Part shown: piece after piece, positions 53,025-64,000 of the stretch
Numbering within the stretch: position 1 is the first letter of the stretch
Layout: each line of letters begins with the position of its first letter
NCBI GenBank assembly: GCA_026025075.1
Contig: JAPEUI010000033.1
Location: 1-64,000 of the forward strand
Reading direction: 5' to 3'
Source of the DNA: Vezdaea acicularis
Lineage: Eukaryota
Length of the DNA stretch: 64,000 bases
Notes under the pieces: model-generated
Databases searched by the model: none
The model's input: only the letters and a program-made list of their open reading frames with translations
What the model was told of the DNA's origin: nothing
Program-made: the position numbers and the translations under genes

Positions 53025-53060
53025 GTTCGATTCCGCCCCAAGGGAATAAGACAACTTTAA

Positions 53061-53097
53061 TTTTTGGTTTTTTGTGTTTGTTTTTTTGTGGGTTTTT
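53061..53097 (+). terminator. RNA polymerase III oligo-T terminators for the tRNA
   Basis: T5 at 53061-53065, followed by further runs of 5-7 T; the first starts 16 nt after the discriminator base. Confidence 0.75.
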
Positions 53098-53403
53098 GTA
53101 GAAGGATATTATTTTTAAGGGTTGGGTGGAGGTGGTGGGGATGATGTGTGCTGTGGCACGGTGTGTGAGAGTCGTGGGAAGAGGCAAGAGAGTAAGAGGA
53201 TTCAGGCTTTAGGGAGCATCGCAAGGCACGACAGAGGCGAGATGAGTGTTACGATAAATTCATGGGTCTCTCTCCAAGCCTTCAGATTTATACAATCGAC
53301 ATGATAGAATGAGTGGAGTCTCCTAAGTCTTGCAGGAAAGCCTAGAGCACAAACAAATCCATCAGAAGAACCCCTAATCTACTCCACCCCCCGATTATCA
53401 GGC

Positions 53404-54426
53404 CTACCGCCTGTTGTTCTGCCTCATCCCTAAAAGCTGTACCATTCTGATAAAGATGTTCAGGAAGTCGAGCTCAAGACTGATGCTCTCATTGACGACA
53501 TCCTTCTTCATGGCCCCCCTCTCGGCCAACCGAGCGTGATACAGCACTTTCTGCACGTCATACAGTGTGAAGCCGCCAAATACAGCTAAGCCGCCATATA
53601 GCCAAATGTTCTCGGTCCACATCAGCGTCCTTGCGGCTGTCGCGGGGATGACCAGCGGCGCTAAGCCCGACAGCGCCACGACTGCTACGCCCGCTAGCAG
53701 TGGGCCGCCTAGGTATAGATACTTCTCCTGCTTGGCTGTCGCGCCCACGAAGGCGATCGAGCCCATGACGCCCACGGTGTACAACCCCGCCTTCGCAAGC
53801 AGCGCCGGACTGTAGAAGAATAGAGGCGAGAGAATGGCCGCTTGAGTGAGGTTGAAGGCGGTCCAGAGTCCATATTTTTGCACGTAGTTGTCCGGGTCCG
53901 TCATCTGAGTGCCAATCATCGTTCCGATGCTGCTTGCAAGTCCCAAGCCGATTACTAGCCATGGGCTGGTGGCCATCAGCCGGTAGGACCAGCCGCTGCG
54001 GTGGAGGGCTGTTGCCGCGATCCCGATTATTCCGACGCCCAGCCCAGTGTGCAGAAAGGTGTCGTTCAGGTATGCGCGCTCGAAAGGGGGCATGCCGCCA
54101 TCCTCGCGCGTTTCGCGGTTGAAGACGAGGTTGATGGCCACGAGCGTGCCGCCGAAGATACCTGCGCCGTAGAGTAGCCTGGTCGTAAGGTTGCCGCCAG
54201 CGGCGACGGGGTTGGGGACTTGATATGGTTGCTGAGTAAAAGCTCGGCGGAAGGTTTGCGCGAAAATAGAGGTTTTGGTGAGGGCAGGGACGGCTTTCTT
54301 AAGGGGTTGTTGGATGGGGGTGCTGTGGTGGAAGGCCCGTAGAGGGGCGGCGATGCTAGAGGGTTTGGGCATCGTGCGGGCGAGTGCGGAGGGAAGCGCC
54401 ATCGGGCGCTTCAAGATGAACGCCAT
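53404..54426 (-). CDS. Mitochondrial Bax inhibitor-1 family membrane protein (GHITM/MICS1-like)
   Basis: Arg-rich presequence; hydrophobic helices; YLYLGGPL, LYGGLAVFGGFTLYDVQK and SLELDFLNIFIR. Confidence 0.92.
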   Translation of the reverse strand: MAFILKRPMALPSALARTMPKPSSIAAPLRAFHHSTPIQQPLKKAVPALTKTSIFAQTFRRAFTQQPYQVPNPVAAGGNLTTRLLYGAGIFGGTLVAINLVFNRETREDGGMPPFERAYLNDTFLHTGLGVGIIGIAATALHRSGWSYRLMATSPWLVIGLGLASSIGTMIGTQMTDPDNYVQKYGLWTAFNLTQAAILSPLFFYSPALLAKAGLYTVGVMGSIAFVGATAKQEKYLYLGGPLLAGVAVVALSGLAPLVIPATAARTLMWTENIWLYGGLAVFGGFTLYDVQKVLYHARLAERGAMKKDVVNESISLELDFLNIFIRMVQLLGMRQNNRR

Positions 54427-55056
54427 GTTTGAGAGCCCTTCTGAGGAAGAAAAAGTTGGTGAGAGGATGAGGGTGATGGTGATGCTAGGTAAGGTAAAAG
54501 AAGTGACGTTCGAGAAAGTTCGCCGTCCGGACCATTCGCCGCTCGGTAAAGTCTTGGCGTTCAGAGAACATTAAGGCAACGCTCATGATTCCTCTCTAGA
54601 TTATCATTATCCCTACTAACTTCTGCAGCCTTGACGTCTTCTTATTGGTGTAAGACATACTCTTTACCCTACGAGGCCTGATTTGAATTTCAACCTCAGC
54701 GATGACGCCAGTGTGGCATACAAGTGTCTCTAGCGTTGAATAACCCTAGATATGCATAGCTAAAGGCTTTATCATGGCTCTCGTTCAAGGAGACAGGATG
54801 TCCGACATCCATATGTTGCATGACATTTCACCACCGGAAATCAGCCCTGGTTATGCAGTACATGGTGTGCCGTCCGGCGAAGAGCGACTTCAATATCAGA
54901 CCTCTGATGGACAAAATCAATCCCCGCGGGAACTGCCAAGAACGCCCCAAGGCTATCTTCCAAGATTTTACTTGCATTCAATCCGAATATGTCGAGAATT
55001 ATATACAGTTCTTGATCTACATTTCTTACTCTTATCAATATATACTAACATCACCC

Positions 55057-56809
55057 TTACACCGCCATTTCACTCTTTCCACCGTCAGTTGTCAGTCGCT
55101 TCCTCACTTTGATCTTCAAATGGTTGGCGCCCAGTCTTTCTATTACTGGCAGTCCCTCAGGTCCCTTCTCTATACCTACAGTTGCACTTGGAGAAAATAG
55201 TAACGCCTCGCCAACCCTCAGATTGACGATGTTACTGAAGATGTGCCGGGTATCACTTCCTTTATTATCTTCGCTGGACGACTTATCCCCTATTTCCTTC
55301 AACTGTGGCTTTCGATGGGTCAAATCCGACGCCCCAGCTGCCAAATGCTCCTTTAAGGTACGGAACCATACTGGGGAAGTGAATCTGTGCACGATCGTGG
55401 CCGAGGAGAGATCCAGCAAGGCTGGCGATATTGTAGGCTCTTGTGTAGAGATAATAATTCGAGCGCCAAGATGCCGTTGGAGGCGTATGGTCGAGAGTAA
55501 TGTATTTGTGAGAGTATCAGCCTCTGCTGATGCATTCATATACTTTAAACATCACATCATGTTAGCATTATTTAATGTCTTGATGGATACGCACTTCCTT
55601 TACTTACCTTGTGCGCCTCATCTAGGGCAACGACTCGGCCAGTGCCATTCTTCTGCTCCAAGAAGATACTCAAACATATGTTAAACAAAGAACAAGCGCC
55701 CTCTGGAGTGACACAGGGGCACGAAAGGTCTACAATAGTGAGGCAACCAGCCTAAATATGTCAATTTTAAACCAGCTGAACGTAGAAGGAGATATACGCA
55801 CCTCGTTTCTCCATTGATTTCCCCTGTTCACTACTATTCTATTCTTTTTCTTGCCAAAGACCTGCATCTCGGCTCTGGGCATAAAGCTCTCAAGAGTATC
55901 CAGCCGCTGCGTTAACGGTCCAAGCTGGCCAGGTGACATAGGGGCATCCTTGACCTGTTGCTTGAACTTGGCATAACAGAATCCTGTCCCCGTCTCTTGC
56001 TCTACCATGCGCATGTCGCGCAAGATGCGGTATACGGTATGTAAGTATAAGGGTACAGGTCCCTCACTGTGGCTTACTGCCATCAGATCTAACATGCGTT
56101 TAGTGTTCAGTTCCCTTTCACTGATCGTCAAAGGTTGAACTTCAATGCCTAGAGCATGGTAAGTCCGCTGTTGAACGACGATAGTTAGCCCCTTCACTTT
56201 TAGGGTTATACCGACGGATGACACTTAGGCTTGACTTGCCTGCATTGTTCGCAAATTTGTGGGGGCGCATAAGACCCGGACTTTGATATTGGGGTTCGAC
56301 GCCAAGAAAGCGGCTTCGCAAGGTGATCCGCCTTCGTCTGAAATGAAGGCGTCGAAATGGAAGACAATGCCTGATAGAGGCTTTGGCAGTTTGTTGGCCT
56401 CCGAGGGAAACAAGCAATTCTCTAACAGGCAAGACAGTGTGTGACTCTTACCAGAGCCTTGTGAGCCACAAATAAACGTGCTCGACGGGGCAGCAACGTT
56501 GAAGAATATACGGGGATCTCTATCCACCGTATCAGTCGCACTATCTTCATTACCTATGGTGGCACACAATGCATCAGCCACCCCGCCCAATAGACCATAT
56601 TGAGGGAAGGGCTCTTCGTCTTCCTCAGAAATAGCTTCTGTATGTTTGAGTACGGGCATTGTAAAAATCGGCGCTGTTGTCACCTCTCCGAGCCCTTCTT
56701 GCTCAGATCCTATCTCTAAGAGGCTCAGATGATGCTTCAGATGTTCAAGCCTCTCCACGTCTTCACTTCCTGAGCTCTGGGAAGGAGTCGTGGGACCGGA
56801 AGTAACCAT
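55057..56809 (-). CDS. P-loop ATPase of the HerA/FtsK/VirB4-like superfamily
   Basis: Walker A ICGSQGSGKS, Walker B RVVALDEAHK, RLQRHLG and ISTQEP. Four exons; the first intron is GC-AG (56168-56239). Confidence 0.85.
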
Positions 56810-58334
56810 GGCGCCAGGGGGATTGCAGTCAATGGGATATATATGTATAAAATAAGAGAACTGCAAGTGCCACCAAGGCACTACTAAGACTATCAAGAAA
56901 TGCAAAGAATGCGAAGAAGGAGCGGAGACTGAGAAATAGAGACAAGTCAGTTGGAGTAGGCTATCAAGAAACAATGTTAAGGTGAGCACCAAATCAGTTG
57001 ATAACTGCGATATGACCTCTGGATCTTTTGGTGCAGCTTGATCTACGCCATGGAGACACAAGTTATAAGAAATTAGGAGCTCAAGCAATGCAGTAGCCCA
57101 CTGGAGCTATGCACTTCCCTTTGTGCATTATCAACAGCGTCTCGAGCGTTCCATTCGCAGCTAGAAAGATATCACATGCTAGCAGGATAAAGACCAAGGG
57201 AAGTAGCATTTCATGAAACTGTTTTACAATCTTGCATTGCCTCGTGTCGGTTGGTCCCGGCAACCCTTCCGGTTGGCAGCGTTTGGGTACTTATCTTACT
57301 GCATGCTATAACAGTGGGTGGCGGAAAGGATGCACATCCCTCGCGAAAAAGGCCATTGCACACCCCCAACGTCGGCCTGAATGATGGCAGTAACACGGCG
57401 GATGAACAACTTATTCCGCGACGTTCATCTCATAAGAGCGACATTGATGCCTTTAAATCTTTCTAGAAAGTGCGTCGTGGCAGCTTAATTGTTGATGCTA
57501 GTCGATCGATGCGACTTCAAAACCCTTGAAGAGGTGTACAACCTTTCCGCGACCCACTGTGCCACTCGCAGGATGAAGAGCCTCGCGTTTGCCTAAACTA
57601 GTTCAACAGCCTCCACAGCAGAGCCTCACGGTTCCTGGCACTGCCACCAACTTTCGACACGACCCACCATCTAGACCCATCTCAGGCATGTCTTAGCACA
57701 TGCAGCTGAAGACGTTTGCACCAGTCGGTTGCCACGTCACAAACACAGAAGCGTTTGTTCAGACACCCGCATCACATCTGCAGATTATCCCAAACAGGCT
57801 TACGTTTCCATGCGAGAACCCATGGGGCCCATGCTGATTGATGGCTGCGCAGCAGAGTTTCTGGAAAGGCCCAATGGAAAGCGTGGATGAGTGTCTGTTG
57901 CTTCATATTGGGGGGTTGCAAGGGAGGGGGGCTAACTCCACAATCACTCGATCAAAGAACAAAATATATACGCGTAAAGTCCCAATGTTGAATTTCATAC
58001 TCTCCTCCACCCGCCCACCCACCCGCAACCCTTCCCCCACACGCAAATCCTACTTTCCCACAACTCACGCAAGCCTGAAAAAAATCCGAATCTCCCTAGC
58101 CCGTACCGACCTTCCCCAATCCCTAAAGAAAGGGGAGGAACAGTCCAATCTTATTTTATCGCGATTGCGAGGGAGGATGTGCAGGAAGAGAGAGGGATAC
58201 CAGGATATATCGCATACTACGTCGTGGGATAGGATAGTACGGCGTAGCATAGCACGCCCAAAGTATGCGTTCTGTAAACTAGCCCGCTACTCCAGCTACC
58301 ACCTGTGCGCGCTGCTCCCAGTCCAGCCCTGCTA

Positions 58335-58412
58335 GCGCCGCAACCACTGCCCCAACCACTACCCCGACCACTGCCCCAACCACCGCCGCAACCACCGCCG
58401 CAACCACCACCC
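58335..58412. repeat. 12-bp minisatellite (consensus roughly GCCSCAACCACY), about 6 copies, just 3' of the OSH stop codon
   Basis: gccgcaaccact gccccaaccact accccgaccact gccccaaccacc gccgcaaccacc gccgcaaccacc. Confidence 0.8.
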
Positions 58413-58438
58413 CCTGAGAATTTATCCAGCACAAATAC

Positions 58439-60546
58439 CTAGTCATGGGCATCAAAAAACTCATCGACTTCCTGGGTACTAGTATCCTCCCGCACGAGCG
58501 GCTGGCGCGTGGCTTTAGGAGACGAGGTGGGGAGGATGGGCTGTTGCAGTCCCGCGGGGGGAACATTGCCTTCGTGGATATTATTCGATGCTTTGGCCGT
58601 TGGGGCGGCGGGTACTGCGCTGGTGCCATCGGCGCCGAAATCAATTAGGCTGCCCGTCTGGTGAGTGGGATCTGGTGGCGGTGGTTGCTGTTGTTGTGGC
58701 TGTTGTTCGGAGGCCTTGGGTTCTTCCTTAACGGTTGGTGGCTGGGGGTGCTCGTGTCCTTCGACGTGGGCGGGGATTTGGTATTTGGATAGTGGGGGGT
58801 CGCCTGGGAGGATGGGTGCGATGGAGAGGACTTGCTTTGATATCTCTTCTGGGGTTGATCCGTTACTTCGAACATCAGCTCCTGCATTAAACAGAGCAAA
58901 AATGCTCAGGCGACTTACATGTTTGCATTCAGGATCCAGTCCAAATCCTCCTCGCCTTCGTCTTGACCCCCTGGGCCCCCCTGAACGCGCCGGAATAGGC
59001 GCGGCCTCCACTCAACTCCGTCTTCAGCTCTTTTCGAAGCTTCTTGCCGTTGCATGTCTTCTATTTTCGTCTTCTCGTCCGTCGCCACGTCATGATTCCG
59101 TTCCTTCAAGGCGGCGATGACTGTTGACCATAACTTTACGGACTCGCGCTCTTCTTGCTCCTGTATTGGTCTCACCAAAGGCATCGTAGGCTTCGCGTGT
59201 GTGGCATCGAACAGGAGGTCCTTGTGGCCCGTCTGGAATTTTCGTAAGCGTAAAGGCTACTATCCAATTTGCGCGCGCTGAAATGCTTCTGAGTAGACAA
59301 ATTCATATTAAGGCAGGCTTACCATCTGATCCTTGATGAACATTTCGCCGTTCCACATACCCGATAGCTCGAACAGTGCTTCTTGAGTTGACTCCCTCTT
59401 GATAAAGCCCCCGATTGCGTTGTATGTCCCACCGACCCAACCTTTGGTCTTGAACTCAATATCAGCCACGAGGTCGTTCTCTGGACACCGGACATAGCTG
59501 TGGTCGCCGAGCTCGTACTTCATCTTGCCGAACAAGATTCCACGGGCGTACATGTTAGGCTGCGTAAGGATACTGACTTGCAATCAGTAATCTAGAAAGG
59601 TGGGTTTAGACGCCCTTGCTACAAGACTTACTATCTCTCCCCACGTTTCGACTTCGTGGTCCGGTTCGTGAAGCTAAGTATGGCAATACCTTCCATCAAA
59701 CTGGCGGCCGAATTCCCCAGAAACTTGCTCCTTGGCTTCAAAGTCCCATCGACTCGGATATGATGCTCCGGAGCTATATAGAAATAACTCGACTTGGGAG
59801 GATGGTGTGAGGTTTGCTCGGAGATGTAATAGCCCCTGGTGTGGTCCGGGTATTCCCAGTAACAAGTATAGTATTCGCCAAGGATCGGATTTAGTGGTTT
59901 TTTAACCCCACTACATGCTCGTCAATGGTCTGTTGTTGATGCAGGGCCTGAGTAATATCTTACGGAGGTTTAATATGCCATCCACTTAGGTAAAACTTAA
60001 CAACTGAAATGAATCTTTGAACGGGATCTTCAATTTCGGGCATGGGCAGTAAAGTCTCCGGATGCGCCATGAAGCTGCCCAAACAATTAGTCTTTTTTTC
60101 TTCCAAATTGAATAAAAGCTTTTGCAATATAGGGAACGGACTTCGTGATTCTCTCAAGCATCGACCTAGGCTCTAAGATAAACGTCGGCAGCGTCACCCT
60201 GCTCAGGTCCGCACCGGGCCTGAGCTGGGATATAATATGAGACAGAACTGTCATAGGCACCTTAATCAGTTTCTCTCCCCTCCACCATACCTCACCTCAG
60301 GGCGCATACCATTGCCCTGATCAGGCTCAACGATCGTCTCATCATCGCCATGGGAGGAGTCGGGCCGTTGCTCATCCACGGATGATCTATTGCCTACGGG
60401 GAAGAATTGATGATTAGCCTTCTTGAAAGGCGGAGCCCAGGAGCTCATGAAGGGAGCTCCGGACATTTTTCTGAATAGAACATAAAGAAATGGGCGGACC
60501 TACTGCCTAGCGACAGGCGTCGATGCGAGTGAGGCAATCCCACCAT
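58439..60546 (-). CDS. Oxysterol-binding protein, Osh6/Osh7-like
   Basis: [48 protein letters not shown] and [11 protein letters not shown]. Many short introns. Exon 1 inferred as [14 protein letters not shown]. Confidence 0.93.
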
Positions 60547-61242
60547 CTTCACTTCCCAAAATGGGTACTTTCCGGTCGCAGCCGATCACAATCAACGCAC
60601 CTGCAATTCGCAGAGAAGGAAGAGCTCAAGTAACAAAAGTGCTCTGGACAAAGTAAGAGGGTAGCTACGTAGTTCAGATGAGGTGTAATCCGCGGCCGCA
60701 GAACTCCGGCCCGACAACGATGTGATGGCCCTGCGGATGACGAAGGTTAAACGAAAGCCTGCCTGCTGCCCCTCTGAGGCTTGCAGGGGTTCAATTTCGC
60801 TTCGGCCGCCTTTTTGTCCGTTTCGACGCCTGCGTTCGTTTCCTTATTGGAAGGTTTTGTCGAGGCGCTCGCGCGCGGATGGCGTAGGATTAAGCGTCCG
60901 TCGGGCCGAGCTGGGGCCGACGTCGCGAACTTATTCGTATGTAGACGTCGGCTTTGATGCATAAATCACGTTCGGATGAAGACATAACTTGATATGAGCT
61001 GTACCATTAATCAACTCTACTACAAGACGCGAAGCTCGCGAGTATGCCTTCTTTCCATGCAAGGATACCATCTAGTCCCTAGTTTATGACCGATCCTCCA
61101 GCGCCATTTCATGCATTGCCCTTAATGCAACAAGCCCCGCCGAGAGAACAACGCCATGCCCGGAAAAAAGGTAGATACAAGAATCAGAAATAACAACTTT
61201 CCCTTGCCAACACCCCTTCAAACCCCCCTGAAGCCCCTTATA

Positions 61243-62934
61243 TCATCTCCTGAACTTGACAGAGTTCCCCAGCTCCCGCGCCTTCGGCTCCGTATAGAGT
61301 TCCTCGATGGTCGGCCCTTCGAACTCTGGCTCCACGAGCGGGGCGCGCTTGTTCTTGTAGGAAGCGAAGCAGCGCGGTTTCAGGCCGGAAGGCGCTGCTG
61401 CTACTGATGACGATGCTGTAGAAGTTGCAGAGGAGGTTGTCGAGCGCTTGGCTAGAGTTGTGGATGGGTCTAGCTTTGAGAGGAGCAAGGAGGCGTCGGA
61501 GAGGGGGATGAAGGTTTGTATGGGCAAGGTGGTGGTGGTGATGGAATGGGTTGCGTAGAGCGTGGTGAGGCTGGCGCTGGAGGTTGCGCTTGAGGCTGCG
61601 GCGCCGGTAAGAGGGCTGGGACTGCTAGCGGAAGACGGTTGTGTAGCGAATAGGCCGGGTGTCTTTGCTGAGGAGGCAGCAGATGGGCTGGAGAGCGTGT
61701 TGCTGGGAGTGCTAGCGCTTATGCTAGAGCCGGCGGGCGTGGTGGTCGTGAACGTCCTGAGCGTCGTAAGGATCCCACTAGCCCTGCTTTCGGAAGCAGC
61801 GGTAGAGGAGCTAGCGGGCGCTGGTCCGCTGATATATTGTGTTACGGTAGTTGTATCATGCACCGTTGTCGTTTGCAAGCTCAGTGGCTGGGTGCCGCTC
61901 GCTGGAGCACACTCCGACGTCGCAGGTGTGGAAGCGGACGCCTTTGGTGAAGAAGTGGTTGACTGATAGAAAGCCGCTGGTGAGGAAGGAGCTGATGCAG
62001 AGGTCGAGGCTGGTGCTGATACGCTTGAGCTGCCGCTGCTTGCGAGCGCGTTGATCAAAGGTTGTTTGCCTCCGTATATCGTCTTCATCATATCAGGTAG
62101 CGCGGCGTCGGCGATGTTCTGCGGTGTAGCGAACGAGCCGCCAGGCGCTGGCGCAGACCCAGATATATCGATGTCCATGCATGTCGTGTATATCTCAGGC
62201 TTGCCATTTGGATATGTCGGATCGACGCCTGCTGCGGTAGGCCAGTCCCAAACCCAGTAGAGGGTATACGGCTTTCCCGACGGCGCGTCTTGAGGAATTA
62301 TAATGTCGTTCTGGCACCAGAGATTGTTACCCCAAGGACTCTGTGCCGTGAATTTGAATTCGGCTTGGCGTTGAGTTGAGATTGCTCCGCCATTGACTTG
62401 GTAGCACCGGCCGTCATCGTAATTCTGCGCTGACAAGAGCTTCCCGCGCTTATTCCCTCCTGTGCCATCGGTATTCCATACGTTATGTATGTCCAGAAAT
62501 TTGTCATCCGGCTGAGGCTCTGTGGTGCCGTAGATATATATTGTCCCACGGCTAGGGGAAGGTTTGCCTGGCTGGTTCTGCGGAAGTGTGACATGACCGT
62601 TCTCCTGATAGAGAAGTGCAAGGTAGCTGCCGGGAGCTGCTTTCAGTCGCGGGCTACCATTCTGTTGTGTTTGCTGCTGCTGTGTATCCTTGCACATCGT
62701 GTTACTGGGTAATATTTTGTTGTTTTGACTAAGCGGAGGGATAAGGTTGACCATGTCCACATCTACATCAACTCCTGCGCCTCGCTGAACATTGCCTCTC
62801 GGATAGCCTGGGGTCCCAGTAAAACTCCCGTTAGCGCTGATGACCGTCAGATATTCCACCCATGAGTGCGCACGCGCCGTAGGGGCCCAAGCCAGTAAGA
62901 CTATTAGCGTAGCTGTGGAAAGAAATATGCGCAT
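61243..62934 (-). CDS. Secreted protein with N-terminal His, an LPMO-like domain (DUF7492-like) and a Ser/Thr-rich tail
   Basis: Signal peptide ending ARA followed by HSWVE; YQENGHV; YTLYWVWDWP; EIYTTCMDIDI. Confidence 0.85.
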   Translation of the reverse strand: MRIFLSTATLIVLLAWAPTARAHSWVEYLTVISANGSFTGTPGYPRGNVQRGAGVDVDVDMVNLIPPLSQNNKILPSNTMCKDTQQQQTQQNGSPRLKAAPGSYLALLYQENGHVTLPQNQPGKPSPSRGTIYIYGTTEPQPDDKFLDIHNVWNTDGTGGNKRGKLLSAQNYDDGRCYQVNGGAISTQRQAEFKFTAQSPWGNNLWCQNDIIIPQDAPSGKPYTLYWVWDWPTAAGVDPTYPNGKPEIYTTCMDIDISGSAPAPGGSFATPQNIADAALPDMMKTIYGGKQPLINALASSGSSSVSAPASTSASAPSSPAAFYQSTTSSPKASASTPATSECAPASGTQPLSLQTTTVHDTTTVTQYISGPAPASSSTAASESRASGILTTLRTFTTTTPAGSSISASTPSNTLSSPSAASSAKTPGLFATQPSSASSPSPLTGAAASSATSSASLTTLYATHSITTTTLPIQTFIPLSDASLLLSKLDPSTTLAKRSTTSSATSTASSSVAAAPSGLKPRCFASYKNKRAPLVEPEFEGPTIEELYTEPKARELGNSVKFRR

Positions 62935-64000
62935 TTTCGGTGAAGAGAGACGGATCGTTTGAAAGTTCGGAGCTTATTGGAAAGGAAGTGAAAAGTGTCT
63001 CGACCAGCGAGAAGAAAGAAAGTTCCAAAGATTTCTAAGGGTGAGTTGAAATATGAATCCGAAGGACTCTAACACAGCGTGTTGCAAAATGTCGGGTATA
63101 GTTTTCGTCGTATTAAACCTGTAGACGTGATAAAGAAAGAAGGAAAGGCAGTGAAGCTGATTTATATGGGTCATCAAGACCTGCCACGACCAGCGTGTGT
63201 GAATAGAGGGCTGGTAAATGCGTAGACGAAAGCCATCGCCACGAGACTTTGGGGAGGTTGAGATGAAAATGGGGTGGGAAGGCTTGGGCGACATTCTTAA
63301 AGAATGTGCTCGATGCCAGCCCGACAATAGAGCAAAGGGCTTGCGACGCGCGGAAAACGAACGCTCCACACAACGGCAAAAGCGCGACGCCTGGATCAAT
63401 AGAACTTGATCCAGCCATTACTACGAACGACAATGAAACAGAGGGCCCCTCCGCGAAACCTGTTGAAGTGAAATGGCCATTCTTGGTTGCTCGAACTTTG
63501 GGCTATTGACGGGCAAGGTTTTTTGCGAGAGGGTTGAAATAGTGGAAATCCATGACGAAGCGCTCGGAGCCAATCATCTCGGACGCTCCACACATCCCAA
63601 ACACGCAACGCTACCCAGATTCCGTAACAAGCGCCCAGTTCTCCCCCCAAACGAACTTTTTCGGCGCCTCGCAGCCACTCCCGAACCCTTGCCCATTCTT
63701 CGCGACAGCCTCTGAAACGTGTCTGGGCGGAACAAGAAATCTCGGAGGGGGAGAAATAAAAGTACGTGGGACGAACTGTGGCGCGCGCGCTCGCTGGTTT
63801 TTCCGGAATGCTACCACCAGTCTGGTATGCTCAAGCCTCACGGCGAGGCGCGCGTGGAATCCCAAATATAGTGCATACTGAACCACTGTAATATCCGTAA
63901 GCCTCCATACCTAAAATCGCCGCTTGCCATTACTACACGCCAGCCCTTATGACATTCCGCAGGGCTACCTGATTCCCCAAAAGCGTAAGGTCTACATGAG

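Larger units (their letters stand above)
52875..53045 (+). tRNA. tRNA-Tyr (anticodon GTA) interrupted by two introns
   Basis: Acceptor stem CCCTTGG/CCAAGGG with A73; D arm GTCT-AGTTGGTTA-TGGC; anticodon stem CTCGG/CCGAG with loop CT-GTA-A^A; variable loop TGGTC; T stem GGCG^G/CCGCC with loop TTCGATT. Confidence 0.93.

Noticed and set aside
58217..58432. Gly/Cys-rich small ORF after the OSH stop codon
   Set aside because: Produced by the 12-bp minisatellite and has no ATG start.
25397..62934. Functional linkage of the DOMON/b561 protein with the LPMO-like protein as a redox pair
   Set aside because: They are about 34 kb apart with many housekeeping genes between them, so proximity is not evidence.

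Overview
Gene-dense nuclear DNA from a filamentous ascomycete (Pezizomycotina-type gene set; short GT-AG introns with CTRAC/CTAAT branch sites). It holds about 23 protein-coding genes, mostly housekeeping: HMG1 3' end, NBP2, SSU72, ENT3, cyclophilin, RPC34, STI1, an M28 carboxypeptidase, SLX4, CGI121, SPA2, a GHITM/BI-1 protein and an OSH6/7-like protein. It also has an MFS efflux pump, a Zn2Cys6 factor, a cNMP/F-box/LRR protein, a DOMON/cytochrome b561 protein, a HerA-like ATPase and three secreted proteins. The standout is a tRNA-Tyr(GTA) gene at 52875-53045 with two insertions: the normal anticodon-loop intron and a 54-nt insertion in the T stem carrying full spliceosomal signals (GTGAGT...TACTGAC...AAG). 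Removing both restores a complete cloverleaf. Other notable items: an STI1 lacking TPR1-DP1, a His1 LPMO-like secreted protein, two dispersed paralogues of a secreted beta-helix-like protein, and a decayed multi-copy coding relic. All family assignments come from motif recognition by eye, not database searches, and exon boundaries are manual.
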